64,000 nt of DNA from Strigamia acuminata (lineage: Eukaryota): the NCBI GenBank assembly GCA_949358305.1, contig OX442314.1, positions 12,214,001 to 12,278,000 of the forward strand. The letters are read 5' to 3'. The position numbers were made by a program, and so were the translations under genes. The notes under the pieces were generated by a model that saw only the letters and a program-made list of their open reading frames with translations, was not told the DNA's origin and searched no databases. This document shows positions 23,781 through 35,304 of this stretch, in pieces; the stretch's first letter is position 1; each line of letters starts with the position of its first letter.

Positions 23781-26700
23781 ATGGCCGATCGACGCAACCC
23801 ACGATTAGAGCCGAGCGCATCGTCGAGAGACGAGAGCGACGGCCTAATCGTAAATGCAGAAGACGATGAGAATTGGGACGAACAACCGCCGTTGCAGGTA
23901 AATTAGTGTGATTTCCCCAGAGAAATCACATAATTCTTTGAATCTGTTGCATCCAACCCAGATTGGAGCGTGACTTGTGACTGATATATTTCTTTCTGTT
24001 TTATTATTGATTTAAGGCTGGCTAAAAACCCGAGAGTGGACCCAGATTCACCTCGGAGTCAAGGCCGCCAAAAAACTAGAACAAAGGAAGTGTTCGCGGA
24101 ATGGCGTCGTGGCAAACCAAAACCAAAACTAAAGGTTTTCTTTCTTTTAAAATTAAACATCGTAATAAATTAAAATACGATTAGAGTTAAAATAAAAAGT
24201 TTAACGTAATATTAAGAATTTAACGATCGGTTTTGCCTGCGACCCCTTCCTAAAAAGCGGATCACCTGAGTTCAAAGGTAGTGTTGGATCAGCGCTACGA
24301 CGGCGGAGATCATCGCAGAACTGCGAAACAAGAAAATAAGACCGACGGCCGCAACAAAAGAAAGGAGTTGCTGCCACCGTCGATCTTGAGCATATTTCTG
24401 ATCCCCATCGTTAAACTGGGATTTATTATATTAATCTTGTGATCTAAAATTATTCAGGTCGACCCGCTAGAATCGTGGGACGCCCTGCCTTCGACGGTGT
24501 CAACCGCCAACAACATCTTTCGCGGAGCCCTGCCGATTTACCTGCGGCAGGCCTATCCTGCAGAGACCAGCGCCTGGAAAATCCGATTGATGTACTCCAG
24601 GACCCTCGAGGAAAAATTCGAGCGATCGAAAACGCTGGTCGAGTGCATGACGAAGGAGATGAGGGAGCGAGTGGGGCCGCGGATCCCACCCGATGCGGAT
24701 CCGCCGAGCCCCGTTTACTCCGGGTACCTGGAAGAGGCTTACCCAGGCACGGTGGCCGAGCTGCACACCTCCCACAGGTGGAGCGAGGCCCCGACCTTGG
24801 CAGCCCGCCAGAAAATAGTGGACGACGAGATCGAACGCTTAAAGCGCACCGAGACTCACGGAGTAACCCGAGTTCTCGAGAGAAACGGTTTCTCCCCCGA
24901 AGAAATCCGTAGATGGCTTCGCGACATCGAAGAAGACCATTTGACACCCAGATGGATACCACCGGCGAATTTTACGGCCACGCAGTCGGAGATGTGGCAG
25001 TTATACCACGCTGGTATCCTGGGAAGTCGCCGCCATCACAGAAGATCGAAGCGTCCGGCGGAGTCCGCTCCACGCGGACCCGCACGAAGAAGACAGGCCG
25101 TCTCCCCAACAGAGGCCGGCCCGTCAACGAGTCGCGACTACCGCAGCCGCTCGAGCAGCTCCAGTTCCCGAACTCGAGTTGTCGTGCGCTCGGAGTGTCG
25201 CCGAGTAGTAACGCTCGAGCCTGCCTCGCCAGACGACGCGCGGGCTGAGCGAACGGTCGAATCTTCCGCCCACTGGGCTGCGAGGACCGAGACACACCAA
25301 GATCGAGGAAAGAAAAGATCCTCGTTGTTTATGGCGATTACCACACAGTCGTCAGATCAATCCTCGTCGCGACGAACCGTCTCAACACACCAGAGACCTG
25401 ATTCCCCGACGGACGTCCCCCAGAGGACGGTCCAACGAAGATCCGTCGCAGCCAACACCAGGAGGAATCGGAAGCGTAAAGTACGACAGAAGACGCGTGC
25501 GCGGTCTCTGATCGCGAAAGGATTGGAGAAAGAGCGAGAGATGGCCGCCGCAAAAAGGTCCGAACCCCGAAGTCTCGGATCCGCGGCTGGGCCGTCCAGG
25601 CTCCAGGCAGAGATTGATTTGGGAGAATTGACGGAAGAACAAATATCCCAAGAAGAGTCGGACAAGGATGGACCGGTCACGAAACAAGATCTGGCCATGG
25701 CATTGAAGAACGCCTTCCGAGGATACGCGGCCAACCGGCCGTCGGGCTCAACACCGGCTGTGCCCACCGCGCTTGTGCCCCCACAGGTGCAATCGCGATG
25801 GCCGCCACTCCTCGAGGGTACAAACCCAGCAGTGACCACGTGGACCCCTCCCCGGATGATTCCGGTGGGAGATCCAACTCCCAAACGGGTCAGATACGAC
25901 GACCTACCAGGGATGGGCCGTCCACCGTCACCCCCGACGCCACGAGTGTACCATCCTCATCGCAACGCCGAGTGGTACGCGCAGCGGGAGATGGACGCCA
26001 GATGCCGGCGTGAAGCGGCCTATCCCCCACTCAGCGAGTTACAAGAATATCTGGCCGAATACGAGAACCCCGCGATTGCCGAGTTGGCCATACGACAGGC
26101 CGACGCCGCCCAAACTCACCACATCAACTGGGCGATCGAACAGATGCGGACGTTGTCACAACAATTCAGTGACAATCCGGACCGCGCTCACCCCTGCCAT
26201 CGGAGCAGTTTGAATTTGGCTGTGACGAACGTACTGGCCCAGCTGCTATCCCTGGGCGTCTTCTTGGACAGTCGGCAAGCTATGGCGGCCTGGACAATCG
26301 TCGACCGTGAGGGAGTTCACCTTCCTCGGGCGTTGTACCAGGTATGGGCCGGATGGACTCCTGAGCCCGCCTCGCTGCGCTTCGACCTGGCCAGAAATAC
26401 GGAAAACCCAGGCCTACAGTTTTCAAAGATGCGTTCGTTAGCATTCCGCTACCGGAACCCCGGAGTCCACCCTTCCTTGTTGCGAACAATTCGGGAGGTT
26501 CCGGAGATACCGGGAACGGCGGCGAGCCTTCCACAGGCCATCGAGACCGCCCCCCCAGAGGCGGCGGTCCAACCATACATACCGACCCCAAAGCCGGTAT
26601 TCCCGAAGGAGAAGCGACATGCGAATCGACCCATATTGATTCCGAAGCGTTCCAAGCGAGGACCCCGAACTCCTCCGCTGCCCTCTCCTTCACCACCAGC

Positions 26701-27244
26701 GGCAGGGCTGGCCGCTCTCTCTGCAGAGCCGGCTACGCCACCGTTGGAGAGCCCAATGGAGATTCCGCTCCCACCATCGCCTCCGCCGCCCCCAGCAGCG
26801 CAGCTTTATTTGAGGCTGGGAGTGGAATACCCCTTCCTTCAGATGTCGGAGTTCACGCGACAACGCATCATTGACTCCGACGATCACGGCGAATCAATCC
26901 TCAAATGGCTAAACAGAGAAGCCCGATCCACCATGGACGCCGTCTTCCATCGCCGTATCCTACGGGCCCACAGGAAACCCGGATCGAGCGCCGAGTCGCG
27001 AAGGATCCGACTCGTCCCCGATCGATTCCCCGCGTCTACCCGGATTTGGATCCATGAGCGTACGGGGTTGGTTGGCGAGCCAGCCGGCAGTCACCCGCAG
27101 TACTTCATCAACGAGCGACAAAATCCTGCGGATCTGACAACCTCTCTGCCCCCGGATTTACCACCGCCGCCACCGGCAGTGCCACCCGTGATCCTCCGCC
27201 CATGCAGAGGAGTGCTGCCGGCTCTTCGCAGAGGAGAGCGATGA
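23781..27244 (+). CDS. Gypsy ORF3, unknown function, probably spliced (23781-23897 + 24458-27244; 967 aa)
   Basis: 928-codon open frame before the PPT, starting at a TTATTCAG acceptor; upstream ATG mini-exon ends CAG|GTAAAT in matching phase 0. Confidence 0.7.
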
Positions 27245-27291
27245 GAAAATTGAGATCGCTCCGATCCGAGATCGAAGCTGGAGGAGGGACG

Positions 27292-28112
27292 TGTGGTGAC
27301 CCAGTTGGATAAGTGTCCCCCCAGGGCGGATACTTGTCCTATGAGTCACTATGATTAAAGAGTCGTTCCCCCCCGAGTTGGCTCCACCTCCCCATGGCAG
27401 GTGTGTGCCCCGAGGGGGAGGAAGCGGCTGGTGGTCAGCCCCCATTGGTTGATCGCCGGCCCTTCACCCCACTGCATAAAAGGCTGTGTTTCCCGCCTAA
27501 AGACAGAACTTACACAAACGACACCAAGAACACAGCAACTACCTCACCGTCAGGCCAACTTCAACTACAAGTTAGGATTGATCGAGGATCGCTGAGTAAA
27601 GTGCAAACTGTAACTCTCACGAAGTCACTTGCGAGCTATTCCTGCGAAAGCACGAGAATAGCCCTTGTGAAATCACCCAGAATAATCGCCCAGACGATTA
27701 TTCGCCGAAGTAAGTGTCCGAGTGCTTTGTAGGGAACCCCAAAGTTCCTAGACGAGGCCTCTGCGACGCTAAACCAAAACCTAGACAACAGGCACGGATA
27801 GAAGACTCGAAAGAGCATTCCACCGCGTCCGTGAAGACGAATCCGTGACGAATTAACGACAACTCGAGACGCCGCCTTTGTTCCGCCGACCACGCGGAAT
27901 CGACGACGCCATCTTGAGAAATCCTTTGTTCGACGCTGACCACGTCGACTCTAGAATTATTACTCAGTGTATTTTAAAGGCATAAAGCCTGGTGAATAAA
28001 TTACCTGTTTATTTACATACATTTAGTATTCATTTGGGTATTTGCATAATTGATCACAGGTAAAGTATTACACGTTAGCGCTATTTAAACCTATACAGAG
28101 TAGGACGCGACA
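27292..28112 (+). repeat. Gypsy 3' LTR
   Basis: Direct repeat of the 5' LTR. Confidence 0.95.
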
Positions 28113-29083
28113 CTTGTTAGCGGAGAATATAAGATTTTATTTAATTGTTTTGGCATAATGATTTGCTCGAATTACATGAATAATTAATACTGTTAATGTA
28201 AGATATAAACATTGGGTTTCAATAATTAAATATTCAAATCCTGTATGAGAGAAATGGCATAATATGAAATAATTATTTTAAAACATTTTCGTGAAAGCCT
28301 GCTTATGGAACAATTTCAGAATTAATTTTTTCAGTTTGCCCCATAAAACACGATTGTTTTCCAATTTCTAAAAATCAGGCTTACAAAAAAATATTTACCG
28401 GTAATACAAAGCCAGGGTCGTCTATATATTGCCCCCTCCACCTAAAAAAAGGTCTTTTTGTTTATCCTGCCCCCAAAAAAGATTTTTTTTGGATTATGGA
28501 AGCCAAAAATTGTTGGGGCAGCAAAAAGTAAAGAAATTTTTTTTTTGTATATTTGGCTGCAAGAATGTCCTCGGACTTTAAATTCGCCATTAAGGTCCCG
28601 AAGTAACACTGCGCCAAGTGGCTTCAAGTGGTATGAACACTTTACTGGGCAAAATGTTAGAAAATATCTCAGAATGCAAAAGAAAATTACTGCTACCAGG
28701 CGGCTTTACGACGCACATCATCATGGAGTTTGTTGTAGACAATGATGAGAACTTGCTCTGCGGCCAGGAACGACTAATACTACAACAGAATAGCTAAGGT
28801 TTTTAACTCATCGTGCCTCAATTGGGGACACAAAGCGAAACAAATCATGAAATAAAAACTAACAAGCAAACAGATGATAAATTCTAAATTCCAAAGCTGG
28901 ACTCGTATCCCTTTGGGTGAGTATTATGATTTGGCGTTCATCCCGAATGAGTATTTGCACACAATAAAATGTTAGAAATAAATAATTACCATTACATAAA
29001 CTTATGTAATTTAATTTTTTATTTGTTTGTAGTGGTAAAAATACAGGCGTTTTTATTTAGAACTTAATGCTGTATTGTATTCA

Positions 29084-29931
29084 TTAGTCGTAAACATACT
29101 TGATGGCTCTCGCCCCTACACCTTCGCAAATTCCTTTTTTTGAGAGGTCATAATCTCTTCGAACATTAACAATTTCCGGACACTGAATTTGTAAGCAATC
29201 GAAGTATTGCGTATCCTAGAGATTAAAAAAGTTATAGTGAAAGCACAAAATTGTTCAATTTTTAAGTTACATCTCCTAGGTGAGTAAATACATCGTTTGC
29301 ACAGACTGAAAGTTTTTTTGTAAGTGTATCTTTATTCTGTTAGTCAGTTGAAGAAAAAGGTTATCTATGAGCAATTTTTGAAATTTAAAAACTTTCAATA
29401 CTCACTTCATTGATGGAATAGGATTTAAGTAACTTTACAAATTTTGCGTGATCAATTAGCTGGGATTTACTGTGCTGCGTGTAAAAAAGAAATCAATCGT
29501 CAGATGTAAACAAAATTATTAAAAGTTTGTCTTTCTACATACTATGGCGAGCGCTCTGTTATGACAAATTCCATAAATGAAATAAGCGAAATCACAATCC
29601 TAAAATATTTGAATGAATAACAAAGTAGTAATTGCAAACTAAGTACGTACTTACATAATTATCCTGGACCACAATTTTAACTTCGTTTTTGCATTCTGTA
29701 TGGATCCATTGAGCCTTAAAAAAAAAATTTATTTTTAACTTTGCTACGTAATGTGTCATCTTCTAAATAAATAAATAAAACCTGTTTAATGTATATCTTC
29801 GAATCGAAGCAATCCTAAAATACATTAAATTGTATTTACAGATGTTACAGTTTAGAAATACACATTCAGCTTACATATGCTGCAGCAAATGAGGAGAAAG
29901 CAGCACTGACGATGAAAATGAACAGCAGCAT
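29084..29931 (-). CDS. 8-Cys secreted family copy E (intact)
   Basis: MLLFIFIVSAAFSSFAAAY|DCFDSKIYIKQ|AQWIHTECKNEVKIVVQDNY|DCDFAYFIYGICHNRALAI|HSKSQLIDHAKFVKLLKSYSINE|NKDTLTKKLSVCANDVFTHLGD|DTQYFDCLQIQCPEIVNVRRDYDLSKKGICEGVGARAIKYVYD*. Confidence 0.88.
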
Positions 29932-30646
29932 GTTGGAAGGCTGAAATGACATTGGTTAAAATTGTAAAATGTAAAGATTAATTTCTTACTATTTTTGGAC
30001 AGGACTTCAAACAAAATGTATGCAGTCGTGATTAAAAAAGTAATTATAAATATATACGGTAGGTATCTGCTCTTTATTTATTTAGTGGAGAGTATAAGAT
30101 TTCATTTAGTTGTTTTGGCATAATGGTATACTTGAATTACATAGTCTCCTCTGTATTGTTAATGTTGTTAATGTAAGATATAAAATATTGTGTTTCATTT
30201 ATTAAATATTTAAATCCTGTATGAGAGAAATGGCAAAATAATATTAAAATAATATTAAAATAATATTTTAAAACACTCTCAGAATTAAATAGAACCGATT
30301 GTCCCACAAAACCCAAAATACACGTTGTTTCTCGAGTCGTGGTATAAACAGTTAAACACCACTTATACCGAGACATAAACACTCCTCAGGGAGAAAAACC
30401 CTAGAATGTAGCGCCTTCTAGCGAAAGAAAACAAAATAGAAAACGAATTAACTGCCACGAAGTGACAACAACAAGTGTTTATCAGTCGAGGTTAGGGGTA
30501 CGAGTACGACATACGGGTGGAATCCCATATACCCTCTAAGATTCCACTAGGGAATCTCGCGAAATCTCTGGAATCTGGAATCTCAGGATTTGGCTATAAT
30601 CTTGCGAGATTTTACGAATTCTCGTGAGATTTTGCGAGATTTTATG

Positions 30647-30725
30647 AGATTGGAATCTGTGGGAATCTGTGGGAATCTGTGGGAATCTGTGGGAATCTGT
30701 GGGAATCTGTGGGAATCAGGAATCC
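30647..30725. repeat. (GGGAATCTGT)n minisatellite within a small repetitive element
   Basis: About 6-7 tandem 10-mers. Confidence 0.85.
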
Positions 30726-30940
30726 CGTATGCATCCCGCATGCATCTATATCGTTATCAGTAGATGATGATGACATCTTGCTCTGTGACCAGGAATGACT
30801 AATGCTTCTAACAAAATTGTTAATACAAGGTGGGCAGTTTTCGCTCATCATGCCTTAATTAGGAACAAACAAAGCGAAACAAATTAAACTAACAAGCAAA
30901 CAGATGTTTTTATCAAAATTCTAAACCTGTAACATGTAAG

Positions 30941-31668
30941 CGAGGGGCGCGACAATCAGAATCTGCTTGCCAGAGATTCGAATCTTCTTTGGGATTCGAA
31001 AGATTCGGATGGGATTCGGAAAGATTCGGAAAGATTCGGGGGATTCGGCTGGGATTCGGGGGGATTCGGATAGATTCGGGGGATTCGGGGGGATTCGAAT
31101 GAGATTCGGGGAGATTCGGATGGGATTCGGTGGGATTCGGCGGGATTCGGTGGGATTCGGATGGGATTCAGAAAGATTCATAGGATTTTTTTCAAATAAA
31201 TTTAGTGAAGTGGGAATGTTTTTTCATTTTAATTTTAACTCTTAGTGAAATGTGGTAAAATACGAGGTAAAATAGCACGCAATCAAATGTAATCACAATT
31301 GCGAACAATGATGAATTCCGGGCTCGATTCCGGGATTAATTTGAAGTTCGCGCTAAATCATAAATGCGCATGCGCAGATACCGCGCAGCGAGGTGCGCAG
31401 GTATAATTTCTTCCGATGATGATTTTACGGACAATTTCAAGGACAATTTCAAGGAAGTTTCTTGTAAAAATATTATTACATTTTTTAATCTTAAATTTTG
31501 TTTTTATTTTTCTCGATTTGTATACAACTTAAAGATTCGAGATTCGAAGATTCGGTGGGATTCGGAAAGATTCGGGTGGGATTCGGAAAGATTCGGGTGG
31601 GATTCGGAAAGATTCGGGCGGGATTCGGAAGCCATTGTCAGAGATTCGGTTGAATGTCGCCCCCCTCG
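30941..31668. mobile_element. MITE with 8-bp TSD and GATTCGG repeats
   Basis: TIR CGAGGGGCGCGACA/TGTCGCCCCCCTCG; TSD CATGTAAG. Confidence 0.8.
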
Positions 31669-32050
31669 CATGTAAGTCGTAGTGAATTTCAAACTGTTGA
31701 AGCTTTAGTCATTCCTGGGATGATGAAAAAATTTAACTCGCGGAGGCGCTGTCGTCATTCGTTTCTTTATTCATTCTGATGGTCTTGGACATTTTGACTT
31801 GAATCTGCGAATTTTGATAACATGAACGATCTATTTCCTTTGGGTGAGTATTATAATATGTCGGACATCCCGACATATTTTGTACATTTTAACAGAATTT
31901 AATTGACACTTGAAGAAATATAAAATGTCACAAACAAATAATTGCCATTACATAAGCTTATGCAATTTATTTTGATTGCATTTTCTAATGGATACAATAG
32001 AGCCGTTTTTATTTACAACATAATATTTTATTCATCAGTTATAACTTGGA

Positions 32051-32930
32051 TTAATTCATAATAGCCCTCACTCCAAGACCGATACAAAGGCCCTTTGCAG
32101 AGAAATTGTATTCGAAGCGAACATTTATCATTTCCGGACACAACTTTTCAAGACAATCGTAGTATAGTTCAGGCTAGAGATTTAAAAAAATATTAGTGAC
32201 AGCACAAAATGTTAAATTTTTCAGCTACATCTCCTTCGTGAATGAATATCTCTTTTTTGCAGGGGGCAAGTCTATTTGTAAGTGATTCTGCATTCTGTTA
32301 GTCATTTGTACAAAAACGTTATCCATGAGAAATTGTGAAATTTATAAAAAATACAATACTCACTGGATTGGTGGAATGGGATTTCATTAACGCTACCATT
32401 TTTGCGTGATCAATTTGCTGGTATTTACTTTCCTGCGTATAATAAGCAAATCAGGCGTAAGATATAAACCGAATCATTAAAAGCTTGACTTGGACATACT
32501 ATGCCGAGCAGTCTGTTATGACAAATTTCATAAACAAAATAAGCTAACTCACAATCCTGAAATATTTAAATTAACATTAATATAATAATTGAAAAGCAGT
32601 AGCAAACATGAAATATGTTCTAATGACATACAAGTACTTACAAAATCATTAGTGACTACTTTCTTAACCGCTTGTTTGCATTCTGGATGGATCAATTTAC
32701 TCTTAAATAAAATTTTGCTTTCAATAATAAGTTAATTATATAATGTGTTTATGCGTAATTAAAGAAATACAACCTGTCTAATCCAGTGGCGCGAATCGAA
32801 GCATTCCTAAAATAAATTACATTAAATTTACAGATTTTACAGTTTAGTAGTTTGAAATACACATTCAGTTTACATATGCCATTGTAAATGTCGACGAAAC
32901 AGCAATAACTATGAAAATGTGCAGCATCAT
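32051..32930 (-). CDS. 8-Cys secreted family copy F (intact)
   Basis: MMLHIFIVIAVSSTFTMAY|ECFDSRHWIRQ|SKLIHPECKQAVKKVVTNDF|DCELAYFVYEICHNRLLGI|ESKYQQIDHAKMVALMKSHSTNP|NAESLTNRLAPCKKEIFIHEGD|PELYYDCLEKLCPEMINVRFEYNFSAKGLCIGLGVRAIMN*. Confidence 0.88.
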
Positions 32931-33871
32931 TTAAGAAAGCTGAAATGACAGAATGGTATAAATGTTACAAATTGATAGAAAGAATTATTTTGTTTACAGG
33001 ACTTAAAACCAACTGGATCCAGTGGTGATTAAAAAAGTAATTAAGAATGTAAGGTAGGTAGAATATAAGATTTCATTAGTAGTTTTGGCATAATGGTACA
33101 TTGTAATTGTATAATTTTGTGACCGAGTAATACGCAATTTAACATTAGATGGCGCTATTTAGTAAAAAGCGCGCATTTCAAATACCTTTAAAGGAGTTAT
33201 AATTTAATTCTTACAAGTTAGTATGATATAATAAATACATTTTATTTATTAAGGTAAAAGTGTAATATTTGTAAGAATATTGATTTTATCGAATCAATAT
33301 AAAGCTGGAAATACTTACCTGCTAAGAGTACGTAACTTGGGCTCTTTTGGACCTAGTCTTCTGCCAGGTCCGGACTCGCTAATCTCTAAGGAGACCTGCG
33401 AATCCAGGGTTTCTGGTAGAGTGATCCAAAAATATAGACCCAAATACCAGAAATGCATTCCAATGTACAGACATTGTAATCGATTGCCTAGGGAACAGCC
33501 AAAATTTCAAAATCGTGTGCTTTCCAGACAAAATAACCGATAAACAGAACAAACATGAGTTTTGCATTTTTATGTGCATAGATAGAGCTTTAATTTAATA
33601 AAAGGAATTAACATTTTTTAATAAAAATAATCAAAATTATATCAACTTAAATGGTCATAGCAATCACAAAAAAAAAATTAAAAAAAAAATTACTTTTTCT
33701 AGTGGTAGTAATACAGTCTGGAGTTTGGAGTAATGAGGTTCCGCCAATGGAAGTAGGGGCCCCTTTTGAGTCGAACAAGAGTATATTACTGTGTCTAATT
33801 TATACAGACCATCTTTTAATCGATTTATAACGGGATACAATATAGTCTTTATTGACTTAATATTTTATTCA

Positions 33872-34695
33872 TTAACAAATTCCTTTCCGTGAATTGAAGA
33901 AATCAGCCCGTGCTTGTTCCATCTCTGGACACTGTTTTTGAAGGCAATCGAAATACGGCTTAAGCTAGAGATTGAAAAAAATATTAGTGAAAACACATAC
34001 AATGTCCAATGTTTTAAGTTACATCTCCGTTAAGAGTACATATTTCTTTTTCACACGGGGCAAGTTTATTGGCAAGTGTATCTTTTTTCTGTCGATTAAT
34101 AAAGTTATCTATCATCAGCAATTGAAATTTTTTAAAATTAAATACTCACGTCATCAGTTGAAAAGGATTTCAATAACTCTACATATTTTGCGTGATCAAT
34201 TCGCTGGAATTTAGTGTTCTGCGTATAAAAAGCAATAAAATGATAACATAAATAAACCTAATCACTAAAAGCTTGACTACAGTATGCCTTACTATGCCGT
34301 ATGCTCTAAAATGACAAGTGCAATAAACAAAGTGAGCAAAGTCACAATCCTGAAAGATATCAATGAACAAGAATGACTTAACACGAAATACAAGCCTGTA
34401 ACATACTTACAAAATGTGGTACGTAGGTCAAATTTTTCACACGTTGTTGGCAATCTGCATGGGCCGGTTGAGCCTGAAAATAATTTTTTTTTGTTACAAA
34501 TTTGAATTATTTTTTGCGCTATTGCTTAAGTGAGAAATACAACCGCTGCAATATACTTCTGCGGGTCGAAGCAATCCTAAAATAAATTAAATTGTATTTA
34601 CACATTTTTCAGTTTGAAAGTTTGTAAAAACAGTTTACATTTGCAACAGCAAATGGAGATGCAACTGCAATAATTACGGAAATGTATAGCAACAT
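33872..34695 (-). CDS. Secreted family copy G (intact, 10 Cys)
   Basis: MLLYISVIIAVASPFAVAN|DCFDPQKYIAA|AQPAHADCQQRVKNLTYVPHF|DCDFAHFVYCTCHFRAYGI|NTKFQRIDHAKYVELLKSFSTDD|KKDTLANKLAPCEKEICTLNGD|LKPYFDCLQKQCPEMEQARADFFNSRKGIC*. Confidence 0.86.
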
Positions 34696-35304
34696 ATTGA
34701 AAGGTTAAATGACACAATGATATGAAAAAGTTTTACAAATTTCAAGCTGATGATGGTGATTGTCTCAATGCATAACTTATGTAAGTAATATTCTTTTAGA
34801 TTAGTGTATATGATGAACGTAATAAGAGTGCCAATCAAAAGTTGCCACTTTGTATAATGGGTGTGGCTTATTAAAAAATTTAGAAAAATTGTAACATGCA
34901 GAAATTGAAAAATGACATTGCAATTTCAGTCAAAGTGAAAAATCATCTTCAAAAAATTTTTTTTTTTTTTTAATGTAGGAGTTTTATAAATTAAACAAAT
35001 TTAAATAATTATTCCTTTTTATTTTTGTACAGGATTCCAAACATCCTGGATGTAGCGATTAAAAAACAATGACAATCTACAGATAAGGTATTTATTTGTT
35101 CTTTGTTCATTTAATTACTTAATATTGTAGAATATAAGATTTCATTTTAATCGTTTTGGCAGAATGGTACACTTGAATTACGTACATAATTTATTGAATA
35201 GTTAATGCTGGTAATGTAAGATTTAAAAATATATATTGGGTTTCATCAATTAAAGCTTATACGAGAGAAATTGCAAAAGTTGAAAATTTTACTTGGGTTA
35301 ATCA

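Larger units (their letters stand above)
15242..28112 (+). mobile_element. Full-length Gypsy/Ty3 LTR retrotransposon with a third ORF
   Basis: 821-bp TG..CA LTRs (15242-16062, 27292-28112); 4-bp TSD CTTG; PBS TGGGGGCCTGTCCGGGAT (close to tRNA-Pro); purine tract GGAGGAGGG before the 3' LTR. Confidence 0.97.

Noticed and set aside
24497..27244. ORF3 as an env gene
   Set aside because: No signal peptide, no Cys-rich ectodomain and no C-terminal transmembrane segment visible.
30921..31692. Repeat-rich ORFs or a CRISPR-like array here and at 63052-63403
   Set aside because: Tandem subterminal repeats of MITEs with no unique spacers; eukaryotic context.
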